From Candidatus Shapirobacteria bacterium CG10_big_fil_rev_8_21_14_0_10_48_15 (GTDB lineage Bacteria > Patescibacteriota > Microgenomatia > PFEM01), in assembly GCA_002793635.1 (NCBI GenBank), contig PFEM01000036.1, forward strand, positions 1 through 31,501: a DNA stretch of 31,501 bases. The letters run 5' to 3'. Below, one piece after another: positions 15,978 to 24,117 of the stretch. The translations under genes were made by a program, and so were the position numbers. Position 1 is the first letter of the stretch. Each line of letters opens with the position of its first letter. The notes under the pieces were generated by a model. It worked only from the letters and a program-made list of their open reading frames with translations, did no database searches and was not told the origin of the DNA.

Positions 15978-16130
15978 TTAAAGTGCTTCAGCCAACCCAT
16001 CACTTTCGCCAACGAAAGTTAGCATTCACTGAAACGGCCTGATTTAAAATCAGGGAGAGAATTAGCATTAAGCTAATTCTGTCGCTGACACCAAATCAAA
16101 GGAAAATTGTTTAAGGTACTGGGCAGAAGA

Positions 16131-16745
16131 CTAATTTTGCTTTTTTAAAAACAGGCCTGCCCCGCCCAACAAAGCAGCGGCGGCGGCGGCGGCTAAAAAG
16201 TTAAAACCGGCTTCGGGAATTGCCGCGCCAAGAATCCGGGCATCAATGCAAAATTGACTGCCATTTTCGTCCTGGTGGCCGGATTCGGCTCTGGCCTTAG
16301 CCCAATTGGTGATGCAAAAGAGGCCTTTGCCTTTAATCTGCTCACCCCCGGCAACTTTAGCCCGGATATTGAATTGCTTGCCCTCGCCTGCCTTCAACTC
16401 GCCGATTTTCCACTGCAACTGTTTTCCCTTCCACTCACAATCATCAGAACAAGCGGTAAAATTAATGTCGTCAGGAAGATAATCAAAAACCTCAATATTT
16501 TTCAAAGTCTCCTCACCGCTATTTTTGACAATAAGGCGAAATTCCACTTCATTATCGGCCACAAAAGTCGCTTGGCTGGCCGTCAGGTGATCCTGAAAAT
16601 CAGTTTTACCGGGGAACTTCACTTCTTTATCAACCACAATTTGTTTTGCGAGCGCTTCTTCGCCATACATTTCCGCCTGCACTACTCCTGCCAAGCTTAA
16701 AAAAACAATCAGCAAAATGGTTAAAGCAAAAAATTTCTGCTTCAT
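16131..16745 (-). CDS. DUF11-domain surface protein with a sortase-type C-terminal signal (IPEAG)
   Basis: Signal peptide; VEFRLIVKNSGEETLKNIEVFDYLP and LQWKIGELKAGEGK (DUF11-like); IPEAG followed by a hydrophobic stretch and KK. Confidence 0.8.
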   Translation of the reverse strand: MKQKFFALTILLIVFLSLAGVVQAEMYGEEALAKQIVVDKEVKFPGKTDFQDHLTASQATFVADNEVEFRLIVKNSGEETLKNIEVFDYLPDDINFTACSDDCEWKGKQLQWKIGELKAGEGKQFNIRAKVAGGEQIKGKGLFCITNWAKARAESGHQDENGSQFCIDARILGAAIPEAGFNFLAAAAAAALLGGAGLFLKKQN

Positions 16746-16773
16746 TTTTTGGGGGCAACTTTATCTATAGGTT

Positions 16774-16802
16774 ATTTTATAAGAACAAAACCCGAATGTC
16801 AA
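16774..16802 (-). promoter_or_regulatory. Sigma70 promoter of the DUF11 gene
   Basis: TTGACA-N17-TAAAAT on the minus strand. Confidence 0.75.
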
Positions 16803-16810
16803 CCCGCTTA

Positions 16811-17572
16811 TCATCTCGCCACGGACAGGGCCAGCGGGACGGCAGTAATGATCAGCCGCTGCCAAGTGGTGCCTGGCGGCCAACAGGTTTGCAAAACCAG
16901 CTTCTCCTGCTCAAAATCAATTTTCAAAAAATCCGTTTCGCTGGCCGCCACCACTTGCTTAGCCGTCACTCGGTAAACATAAAGGTCCTGATGGTAAAAC
17001 AGGTTGACTTGATCACCCAATTCCAGCTCTTTTAAAAGGTAAAAAGAAGCTTCAAAATCAGCCACCCGCCAGAGATAATCAATCGAGTGGCCAAAAAGAT
17101 AAATCGTCCCGCCCTGACCGGGGAAAAAACTGCCGGCAGCATGAGCCACCCCACTTTTCAACGCCCCCTGGTAAGCTTTTTTATCCCACACGGAAACATC
17201 AGCGGCAATGGCGCTATTAAGGTTAATTTTGGGAACCACGATGCTAAATTGTGAATCAACGGGCTGGAACCATTCCAAGTCAAGCTGCCGCCGGGAGTCG
17301 GCAAACTCGGCCTGCAACGAATCAACGGCTGGTTTTGGCCGGGCAGCCAAATTCCTGGCCCACCCGCGCGTTTCCAAAATTAGCAAGGGCAATAAAAAAA
17401 ACAGCAAGCCGCCCGCCGATACCGTCAGCAAAAAATGGGCCAAAAACTTTGACCAGTTAAAGGCGGCTCGCTGGCTGATATGCCAGACCTTACTTTTTTC
17501 CAACGCGAGGGGTAAGCAAACTTCACCCGCAAGCGGAAAACCATCACGATAAATAATCACTTCTTTAATCAT
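16811..17572 (-). CDS. Sortase
   Basis: TM anchor; GVAHAAGS-FPGQGG-IYLFGHS, LQTCWPPGTTWQRL (His/Cys/Arg triad). Confidence 0.92.
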   Translation of the reverse strand: MIKEVIIYRDGFPLAGEVCLPLALEKSKVWHISQRAAFNWSKFLAHFLLTVSAGGLLFFLLPLLILETRGWARNLAARPKPAVDSLQAEFADSRRQLDLEWFQPVDSQFSIVVPKINLNSAIAADVSVWDKKAYQGALKSGVAHAAGSFFPGQGGTIYLFGHSIDYLWRVADFEASFYLLKELELGDQVNLFYHQDLYVYRVTAKQVVAASETDFLKIDFEQEKLVLQTCWPPGTTWQRLIITAVPLALSVAR

Positions 17573-17608
17573 AAAACTATAAGCTAATTTTATCTTTTAA
17601 ACTGAAAA

Positions 17609-17637
17609 TTGACAAGTTTTCAAACAAATGTCATACT
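17609..17637 (+). promoter_or_regulatory. Sigma70 promoter of the TrpR-like gene with a TGACA/TGTCA dyad
   Basis: TTGACA-N17-CATACT with extended TG; TGACA at 17610-17614 and TGTCA at 17629-17633. Confidence 0.65.
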
Positions 17638-17641
17638 TTAA

Positions 17642-18016
17642 ATGATAAAAGTCATGCAGCTTTCCAAACGAAAAGTTATTAGCAAAACGCCAAACCAGTT
17701 TTTTAACTTTTTGTACCAATTAGTCGCTGATATTCGCAACCCGCGCGAAGCAGAAAGTTTGCTTAAAGACCTGCTTAAACCAGTAGAATTAAAGATGGTT
17801 GCCCGCCGGCTGGCGGTGGTTTATTGGCTGGACCAAAATCGCAGTTACAACGAAATCAAAAAAGGCTTGTCCGTTTCCACCGCCACCGTGGCCACTCTTG
17901 CTAAACAGCTCAAGGAGAAAAAGGGCTTTGCGATCGCTTTGGAAAAAATTAAGGCGGAGGAATGGGCGGGGCGCTGGGCACAAAAGATCAGCCATAAATT
18001 TAAAATTCGTCCCTGA
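17642..18016 (+). CDS. TrpR/YerC/YecD-family helix-turn-helix protein (start may be the Met at 17654)
   Basis: LKDLLKPVELKMVARRLAVVYWL-NRSYNEIKKGLSVSTATVA. Confidence 0.85.
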   Translation: MIKVMQLSKRKVISKTPNQFFNFLYQLVADIRNPREAESLLKDLLKPVELKMVARRLAVVYWLDQNRSYNEIKKGLSVSTATVATLAKQLKEKKGFAIALEKIKAEEWAGRWAQKISHKFKIRP

Positions 18017-18034
18017 TCTGTTAGAATTAGCTTC

Positions 18035-19447
18035 ATGGACAAAAAATTCTACGTTACCACCCCGATTTATTATGTCAATGACCAGCCTCATATTGGTCAT
18101 ACCTGCACGACTCTGGCGGCAGACATTATCGCCCGCTACCATCGGCTTTTGGGCGAAAAAGTCTTTTTCCTAACCGGCACGGATGAACACGGCGCTAAGG
18201 TTGCTCAGGCGGCTAAAAAAGCCGGGCTTCTGCCGCAGGACTTTTGCGACCAAGTTTCCCAAAGCTTCCAAAACATTTGGCCACAATTAAACATCAAGTA
18301 TCATTATTTTGTCCGCACCACCAACCCTGATCATAAAAAAATCGTCCAGGCAATGCTGCAAAAAATTTACCGGCGCGGCGATATTTATCAAGCCCAATAT
18401 CAAGGCTACTATTGTGTCGGCTGCGAAAAATTTATTACCGAAACCGAACTGGTTAATGGCCGCTGCCCGTTACACCCCAAGCAAAAAATCCAAAAGCAGT
18501 CGGAAAAAAACTACTTTTTCAAATTATCAGCTTATGTGCCTTCTCTAATCAAAGCCATCGAAGATGAAAGCGATCCGCATCACTATGAAATCATTCCGGA
18601 ATCCAAAAAGCGGGAAGTACTCAGCAAGCTTAAAGTCGGGGTGGCCGACCTCAGCGTTTCCCGCGCCCATGTCGCGTGGGGCATCCCGGTTCCTTGGGAC
18701 GAAAAGCAAACGATTTACGTCTGGTTTGACGCCCTCTTAAATTATTACAGCGCCCTGGAGATTAACCACCAAAAAAAGTTTTGGCCGGCTAATGTTCATG
18801 TTGTCGCCAAAGACATTCTCTGGTTTCACACGGTTATCTGGGAAGCCATGCTCTTGTCTGCCGGTTTATCCTTGCCCAAAACTATTTTTATTCATAGTTT
18901 CTATACCGTCGCCGGACAAAAGATGAGCAAATCCCTGGGCAACGTCATTACTCCCCACCAATTGCTGGAAAAGTTTGGTATTGATGGAACCAGGTACCTG
19001 ATTGCTGCCAATTTTCCTTATAGTAGCGACCGGGACGTGAGCTGGCAAAAATTTGATGAAAAATTCAACGCCGACTTAGCCAACGGTTTGGGTAACTTGG
19101 TGGCGCGCATTGCCAAGCTCTGCGAAAATTCCCAATTGAAGTTTGAACCGGCTAAGCCGGGCTGGGATCGGCGTTATCAAAAATATTTGGCAAAATATCA
19201 GCTAGAGCCGGCACTGAAGCTCGTTTGGCAATGGATCAGCCGGGCGGATCAGCAAGTCAACCAAAATCAGGTTTGGCAGCAAAAGGGAGCGGCCCTGAAA
19301 AAATCTTTGCAGTCTCTGGTGGCGGACATTCGCCAAATTGCTTATCACCTGCAGCCATTTGTGCCCGAAACTGCCGCCAAAATAGCCAAGCAGTTTGCCG
19401 GGCCGGCCATCAAAACCCAACCGCCCCTGTTCCCCAGATTAAAATAA
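18035..19447 (+). CDS. metG: Methionyl-tRNA synthetase, short form without the C-terminal tRNA-binding domain
   Basis: FYVTTPIYYVN, HIGH, TGTDEHG, CxxC/CxxH knuckle, YVWFDAL, KMSKS; TGtTAGAAT 7 nt before the ATG. Confidence 0.97.
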   Translation: MDKKFYVTTPIYYVNDQPHIGHTCTTLAADIIARYHRLLGEKVFFLTGTDEHGAKVAQAAKKAGLLPQDFCDQVSQSFQNIWPQLNIKYHYFVRTTNPDHKKIVQAMLQKIYRRGDIYQAQYQGYYCVGCEKFITETELVNGRCPLHPKQKIQKQSEKNYFFKLSAYVPSLIKAIEDESDPHHYEIIPESKKREVLSKLKVGVADLSVSRAHVAWGIPVPWDEKQTIYVWFDALLNYYSALEINHQKKFWPANVHVVAKDILWFHTVIWEAMLLSAGLSLPKTIFIHSFYTVAGQKMSKSLGNVITPHQLLEKFGIDGTRYLIAANFPYSSDRDVSWQKFDEKFNADLANGLGNLVARIAKLCENSQLKFEPAKPGWDRRYQKYLAKYQLEPALKLVWQWISRADQQVNQNQVWQQKGAALKKSLQSLVADIRQIAYHLQPFVPETAAKIAKQFAGPAIKTQPPLFPRLK

Positions 19448-19475
19448 TTATTAGCCATCAGTTATAATTAAACCC

Positions 19476-20993
19476 ATGGGCAAAAAATTAAGGCAAATGC
19501 TTAACAAACATCCCCGACGGGTGCGACGGGCTCTGGAAATGTTGCCGGGCACCACGGCCTGGCTGATCATCCTGTTCCCTTTCTGGGGAGCTTTTTTCAT
19601 GCCCAGAATCGTGGCTTATTTCACCATCGCCTTTTTGGTGTTTTGGTTTTACCGTTCTTTTCTCGGGGCCTGGCTGGGCGTCAAGGGTTATTGGCGTATC
19701 AAACAGGCGGAAAAAACTAACTGGCAAAAAAAATACCGGCAAAGCCATCCCGACGGCCAAGCTGAATGGGACAAAATCCGTCATTTGATCGTGATTCCCA
19801 ATTACAATGAAGCCGTGGTCAAGCTCTCCCAAACTTTAGATCATCTGGTTTGCCAAAAGGATATTAATCTCAAGCAGCTCTGGGTGGTGCTGGCGATGGA
19901 AGCAAGGGCCAAAGACGCTCACCAGCGCGCCAAAATTCTGCTGCGCCAATATCAGGGACATTTTGGCCAGTTGATAGCGACTTTCCACCCGGCGGATATT
20001 GTCGGCGAAGTTAAAGGCAAAGCTTCCAACGAAACCTGGGCAGCCAAGCAAGCCAAAAAATTATTAGTTGACCAAAAAAACTTCGGTCTTCGTCACGTCA
20101 CGATTACCACTTGTGACGCTGACGCTTGCTTCCACCCTCAATACTTTTCTGCCCTTGCCTATCACTTTCTGACCAACAAAAACCGCTTTCTGCGCTTCTG
20201 GCAATCACCCATGTTCAATCACAATAACCCTTGGCATTTACCGGCTTTTGTGAACATTGTCAGCACTTTAAGCAGTGTCTTGCACTTGGCCTTTATTCAA
20301 GAACCGGAAAACTTGTTTTTAAACTATTCCACTTATTCGGCCTCTCTCAAAATGATTGACGCCGTCGGTTATTGGGATACGGACATTATTCCCGAAGACT
20401 GGCATATTTTTCTGCAGGCTTTTTTTCACCAACAAGGCAAGATTGAAGTCGAACCCATTTTTTTGCCGACTAGCTTGGATGCGCCGGAGGCCAAAACTTA
20501 TTTTGGCACGCTCAAAAATCGCTACGAGCAGTGCAAGCGTCATGCCTGGGGCGCCAGCGATATTCCTTATGCCATTGAACAAGCTATCAATCATCCGGAA
20601 ATTCCCCGCTGGAGCCGCTTCTTGCGCGTCTACAAAATTATCGAGTGCCACCTTTTGTGGCCGACCAATTGGTTCATTCTGACTTTAGGCGGCTGGGCGC
20701 CGACTTTGGTTAACCCAGTTTTCAGTCAAACTAATCTGGGATACAACCTGCCTAAAATCGCCCAAACCATCTTAACTATTTGCCTGTTTTTTTTGGTCAC
20801 CGCCATTACTCTGGACTTGATTTTGCGCCCTAAAAAAGAGCCGATTGCCTGGTGGCGCTATCTGAAAGAATATCTGCAATGGGTCCTGATGCCCGTCGCC
20901 ACTTTGCTGATGGCGATTATTCCGGCTTTGGACGCCCAAACCAGACTGATGCTGGGCAAAAGACTGGAATATCGGGTGACAGAAAAGGTATAG
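19476..20993 (+). CDS. GT2-family membrane glycosyltransferase
   Basis: VIPNYNE, TCDAD, IIPEDWH, QCKRHAWG (QxxRW-like); flanking TMs; TATAAT 7 nt before the ATG. Confidence 0.85.
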   Translation: MGKKLRQMLNKHPRRVRRALEMLPGTTAWLIILFPFWGAFFMPRIVAYFTIAFLVFWFYRSFLGAWLGVKGYWRIKQAEKTNWQKKYRQSHPDGQAEWDKIRHLIVIPNYNEAVVKLSQTLDHLVCQKDINLKQLWVVLAMEARAKDAHQRAKILLRQYQGHFGQLIATFHPADIVGEVKGKASNETWAAKQAKKLLVDQKNFGLRHVTITTCDADACFHPQYFSALAYHFLTNKNRFLRFWQSPMFNHNNPWHLPAFVNIVSTLSSVLHLAFIQEPENLFLNYSTYSASLKMIDAVGYWDTDIIPEDWHIFLQAFFHQQGKIEVEPIFLPTSLDAPEAKTYFGTLKNRYEQCKRHAWGASDIPYAIEQAINHPEIPRWSRFLRVYKIIECHLLWPTNWFILTLGGWAPTLVNPVFSQTNLGYNLPKIAQTILTICLFFLVTAITLDLILRPKKEPIAWWRYLKEYLQWVLMPVATLLMAIIPALDAQTRLMLGKRLEYRVTEKV

Positions 20994-21008
20994 TCTTTAA
21001 TCAAGGCA

Positions 21009-22337
21009 ATGAATCAATTTACTGCCAGCTTGTGGGGAGACGAAGGTTGGGCCGTCAATTTAGCGATTAAACCCATCTCGCAAATCATCAAAATCGTCAG
21101 CCGGGATACTTCCCCGCCCTTTTATTATCTTTGGGAGCACCTCTGGCTGAAAATTTTTGGCACTTCGGAGGTGGCCATTCGCAGCTTGTCTTTTTTCTTT
21201 TTTGTCCTCACTGTTTTGGTCGTTTTTTTGATCGGCCGTCATTTATGGGACAAAAAAACTGGTTGGCTGGCGGCTTTGCTGACCTTGACCAATCCCTTTT
21301 TGTTTAGTTACGCCTTCGAAGGCCGCATGTATGCCTTGCTCGTTTTGACCAGTACTTTGTCCGTTTACTTCTTCCTCAAAAAGCAGCGCTGGGGGTTTAT
21401 TTTGGCCACGACCGCGGCGCTCTACACCCACCACTTCGCCATTTTTATCGTCATCTGGGAAGGCCTGTGGGCAATTTTTGCCCTCCTTCGCGAGCGCCAC
21501 GCTACGAAGGGCGCTGCTAAACGTCGGCTGCTGCCTTTTCTACTGATCGGCTTGCTCTACCTACCTTGGCTTTCCCCTCTTTATTATCAAACCTCGCTGG
21601 TGAGCAGTGGCTTTTGGCTGGGCAAACCAGAGTTCAAAGACCTTTTTAAAACTGCCAGTAAATTTTTGGTTGGCAGTGACCAACCGAATCTTTATCAACA
21701 AATTGCCCTGGGGGCTTTACTGCTGACCCTAGCCGTGCGCCGCTGGCTCTCCAACGCGGCGGTTAACTCGATTAACTCGGTTAACTCGATTAACTCCGCT
21801 TTCCTGTTTGGCTGGTTTTGGACGCCGTTGTTGCTGAGCCTGACCATTTCTCAATTTTTTCAGTCAATTTTTTATGATCGTTACCTACTGCTGGCAATCC
21901 CGGCAGCAACCTTGCTGATCGCCTCGCAGCGACGCCGTTTTTCCTGGCTGCTGATTTTGGTGGCCGTCGGCTGTTTGTCGATCATTAACTATGATTACTT
22001 TTGGCACCCGACCAAGCGGCCTTTTCGCCAATTGGCCGAATTTATCAAAGCCGAGGCCGCTGGTTTACCCTTGATTAACTACAACGCCGCTTCACACCAC
22101 CTGTGGGAAACAAAATATTATGGCCTTGAGGCCCCCATCTACAGTCCCCAGCCGTTGCCCTTTTATACCGGCACGGCGCTGATGAATGAAGGCGACATTA
22201 TTGCCACTTTGCCCGACCAATCACCCATCGGGGTGATCACCAGTGCCTCAGTTGCAGAAGTCCGACTCCCCGGCTATCATTTAGATCAATACCATCAAAT
22301 TGATTCCCTGAAACTTTTATGGATGGTCAAAAACTAA
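21009..22337 (+). CDS. GT-C (GT39/PMT/ArnT-like) glycosyltransferase
   Basis: SLWGDE, DTSPPFYY, EVAIRSLS, EGRMY, YDRY motifs; multi-TM. Confidence 0.85.
   Translation: MNQFTASLWGDEGWAVNLAIKPISQIIKIVSRDTSPPFYYLWEHLWLKIFGTSEVAIRSLSFFFFVLTVLVVFLIGRHLWDKKTGWLAALLTLTNPFLFSYAFEGRMYALLVLTSTLSVYFFLKKQRWGFILATTAALYTHHFAIFIVIWEGLWAIFALLRERHATKGAAKRRLLPFLLIGLLYLPWLSPLYYQTSLVSSGFWLGKPEFKDLFKTASKFLVGSDQPNLYQQIALGALLLTLAVRRWLSNAAVNSINSVNSINSAFLFGWFWTPLLLSLTISQFFQSIFYDRYLLLAIPAATLLIASQRRRFSWLLILVAVGCLSIINYDYFWHPTKRPFRQLAEFIKAEAAGLPLINYNAASHHLWETKYYGLEAPIYSPQPLPFYTGTALMNEGDIIATLPDQSPIGVITSASVAEVRLPGYHLDQYHQIDSLKLLWMVKN
21480..21512. repeat. 33-bp in-frame palindromic (REP-like) insertion
   Basis: GCCCTCCTTCG-CG-AGCG-CCA-CGCT-A-CGAAGGGC; begins on a codon boundary, 11 codons (ALLRERHATKG). 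Confidence 0.65.
21762..21797 (+). repeat. 9-bp-unit element, copy in the GT-C gene
   Basis: GTTAACTCG ATTAACTCG GTTAACTCG ATTAACTCC, then GC; encodes VNSINSVNSINS. Confidence 0.92.
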
Positions 22338-23788
22338 GTAAATTTTTTTCTCGCTGGTGGTTGGTGCTGATCTTGATCGCCACGGCCTTGCTACGCTTTC
22401 CCTCCCTGTTTGAGCCCTTCACTTATGGCGATGAGGGCATTTACTTAACGTTGGGGCAAGCCCTACGGAAGGGACTGGTTTTTTACCGGGACATCCATGA
22501 CAACAAGCCGCCCTTGCTTTATCTTTTGGCCGCCGTCAGCGGCAGCTTTGGCCACTTCCGCTTGCTGCTTTTTTTCTGGAGTTTTCTCACCATCTTGGTA
22601 TTTTACGAACTTTGCCTGCAGCTGTTTGCCAAAAACCGTCGGGCGGTAGCCACGGCTACCACGATCTTGGCCGTCCTCACTAGCCTGCACACCTTTGAAG
22701 GCAACGTGGCGAACGCCGAAAACTTCATGATGCTGCCGACACTCTTCGGCTTTTATCTTTTTGTCAAAATCCGGTCACAACCAGCCGCTTTTTTACCATG
22801 GCTAGCGATAGGGAGCTTGTTTGGCTTGGCCACGCTGTTTAAAGTCCCGGCGGCTTTTGATTTTATTGCCCTGTTGGCGCTTTATACCACTGTCAACCGC
22901 AAAATTAAGACAAAATTTTTCCAAAATGGCCTGTTCTTAACGGCTGGCTTCAGCCTGCCGATTTTATTTTCCTTTGCTTACTATGCCGCCAAAAACAGTT
23001 TGCCCGCCTATTGGATAGCCGCTTTTAGCCAAAACCTGCCTTATCTTTCTTCATGGGGGAGTGACCAGCCGCAAGCAGGCAGCTTACCCATCGCTTTGTT
23101 GACCCGCGCCGGTCTGCTGGCAATGGTGGTAGGACTCATTTTTTGGCAGCGGCAAAAAATTAGTCTGGCCGCCAGTTTAGCTATTTTTTGGTTTGGGTTT
23201 AGCCTGTTTGCTGCGCTGCTCTCCGGTCGGCCCTACCCTCACTATTTGTTGCAAACCATCCCTCCTTTGTCTTTGACTTGGGGACTAATCTTTGCCAAAA
23301 AGAATTTCGCCAAGTTAATTCCAATTGGCTTGACCCTGACCCTAATCACCAGCTTTTTAACTTTTAAATTCTGGCATTACCCCAACTGGAGCTATTACCA
23401 AAATTTTTACCAATACGCCTTGGGCGGCAAGGACAAGCAGGCCTATTGGCTGAAGTTCGGCGACCACACGGTGGCCATCTATGAGCTAGCGCGGTATCTG
23501 CAAACCCATACTCAACCGGAGGAAAAAATTTTTATCTGGAGTAACCAACCGTCAGTTTACGTCTTGGCCAAGCGGCTGCCGGTTGGTCGCTACTGCACCG
23601 CTTATCACATTCAGGACTTTGACAAGCAAGGTACGAGCCTCCGGCAGGTCAGCGCCCAGCCACCCCGCTTCGTGGTGGTAGAAAAAAGCTTGCCTTACCC
23701 CGCCCTGGAAGCATTATTACAAACTAATTATCTTTTTGACCAACAATTTGGCCCTTTTGCCGTCTACCATCGGGTTATTACCGGTTAA
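22319..23788 (+). CDS. GT-C (GT39-like) glycosyltransferase
   Basis: YGDEGIY, YRDIHDNKPPLLY, ANAENF, LFKVPA, RPYPHY; multi-TM. Confidence 0.85.
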   Translation: MDGQKLSKFFSRWWLVLILIATALLRFPSLFEPFTYGDEGIYLTLGQALRKGLVFYRDIHDNKPPLLYLLAAVSGSFGHFRLLLFFWSFLTILVFYELCLQLFAKNRRAVATATTILAVLTSLHTFEGNVANAENFMMLPTLFGFYLFVKIRSQPAAFLPWLAIGSLFGLATLFKVPAAFDFIALLALYTTVNRKIKTKFFQNGLFLTAGFSLPILFSFAYYAAKNSLPAYWIAAFSQNLPYLSSWGSDQPQAGSLPIALLTRAGLLAMVVGLIFWQRQKISLAASLAIFWFGFSLFAALLSGRPYPHYLLQTIPPLSLTWGLIFAKKNFAKLIPIGLTLTLITSFLTFKFWHYPNWSYYQNFYQYALGGKDKQAYWLKFGDHTVAIYELARYLQTHTQPEEKIFIWSNQPSVYVLAKRLPVGRYCTAYHIQDFDKQGTSLRQVSAQPPRFVVVEKSLPYPALEALLQTNYLFDQQFGPFAVYHRVITG

Positions 23789-23808
23789 TATGATAAAATT
23801 GGCGGGCA

Positions 23809-24117
23809 ATGAAAAAGGTAAACATCATTTTAATTTTGGCCCAATTAGGCGTTATGGCGGCCACCTGGAGGTTACTGCCACCCCAACTACCCTTATTTTA
23901 CAACCGGCCGTGGGGAGAAGACCAGTTGACGATCCCGCTTGGCCTACTGCTGCTGCCCGGACTTTCCTTGCTGGTACTCATCAGTAATTTCTTTTTTCTC
24001 ACCTTGGTACCCGAAGCTAACAAACTGCCCGCCCAAATTCTGAACAGCGCCAGTGCTGTTTTTGCCCTGATTTGCTTGTTAACCCTAACCAAAATTATCC
24101 TGCTGGTCACCTTATGA
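23809..24117 (+). CDS. Small membrane protein (DUF1648-like)
   Basis: LPPQLPLFYNRPWGEDQL between TMs; TGaTAAAAT 9 nt before the ATG; ATGA coupling to the next gene. Confidence 0.7.
   Translation: MKKVNIILILAQLGVMAATWRLLPPQLPLFYNRPWGEDQLTIPLGLLLLPGLSLLVLISNFFFLTLVPEANKLPAQILNSASAVFALICLLTLTKIILLVTL

Noticed and set aside
14730-15980. Fluoride (crcB) riboswitch, suggested by TGATGATGCCT in both IR arms
   Set aside because: The required 5' GAUGG(C/U)RU pseudoknot partner and P1 stem are absent upstream of either copy, and no crcB or fluoride-related gene follows.
15316-15981. Long plus-strand ORFs antisense to the 324-aa gene (and similar shadows over groEL, rmuC, PEGA and the helicases)
   Set aside because: Shadow ORFs of well-supported genes on the opposite strand, favoured by GC-rich codon usage.
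16176-16193. GCG trinucleotide run (also CAC/GGC runs near 11281-11303)
   Set aside because: Encodes poly-Ala or poly-Val in TM helices; ordinary low complexity.
880-21797. CRISPR array interpretation of the repeats
   Set aside because: Units are 7-9 bp, directly tandem with no spacers, inside genes; no cas genes.
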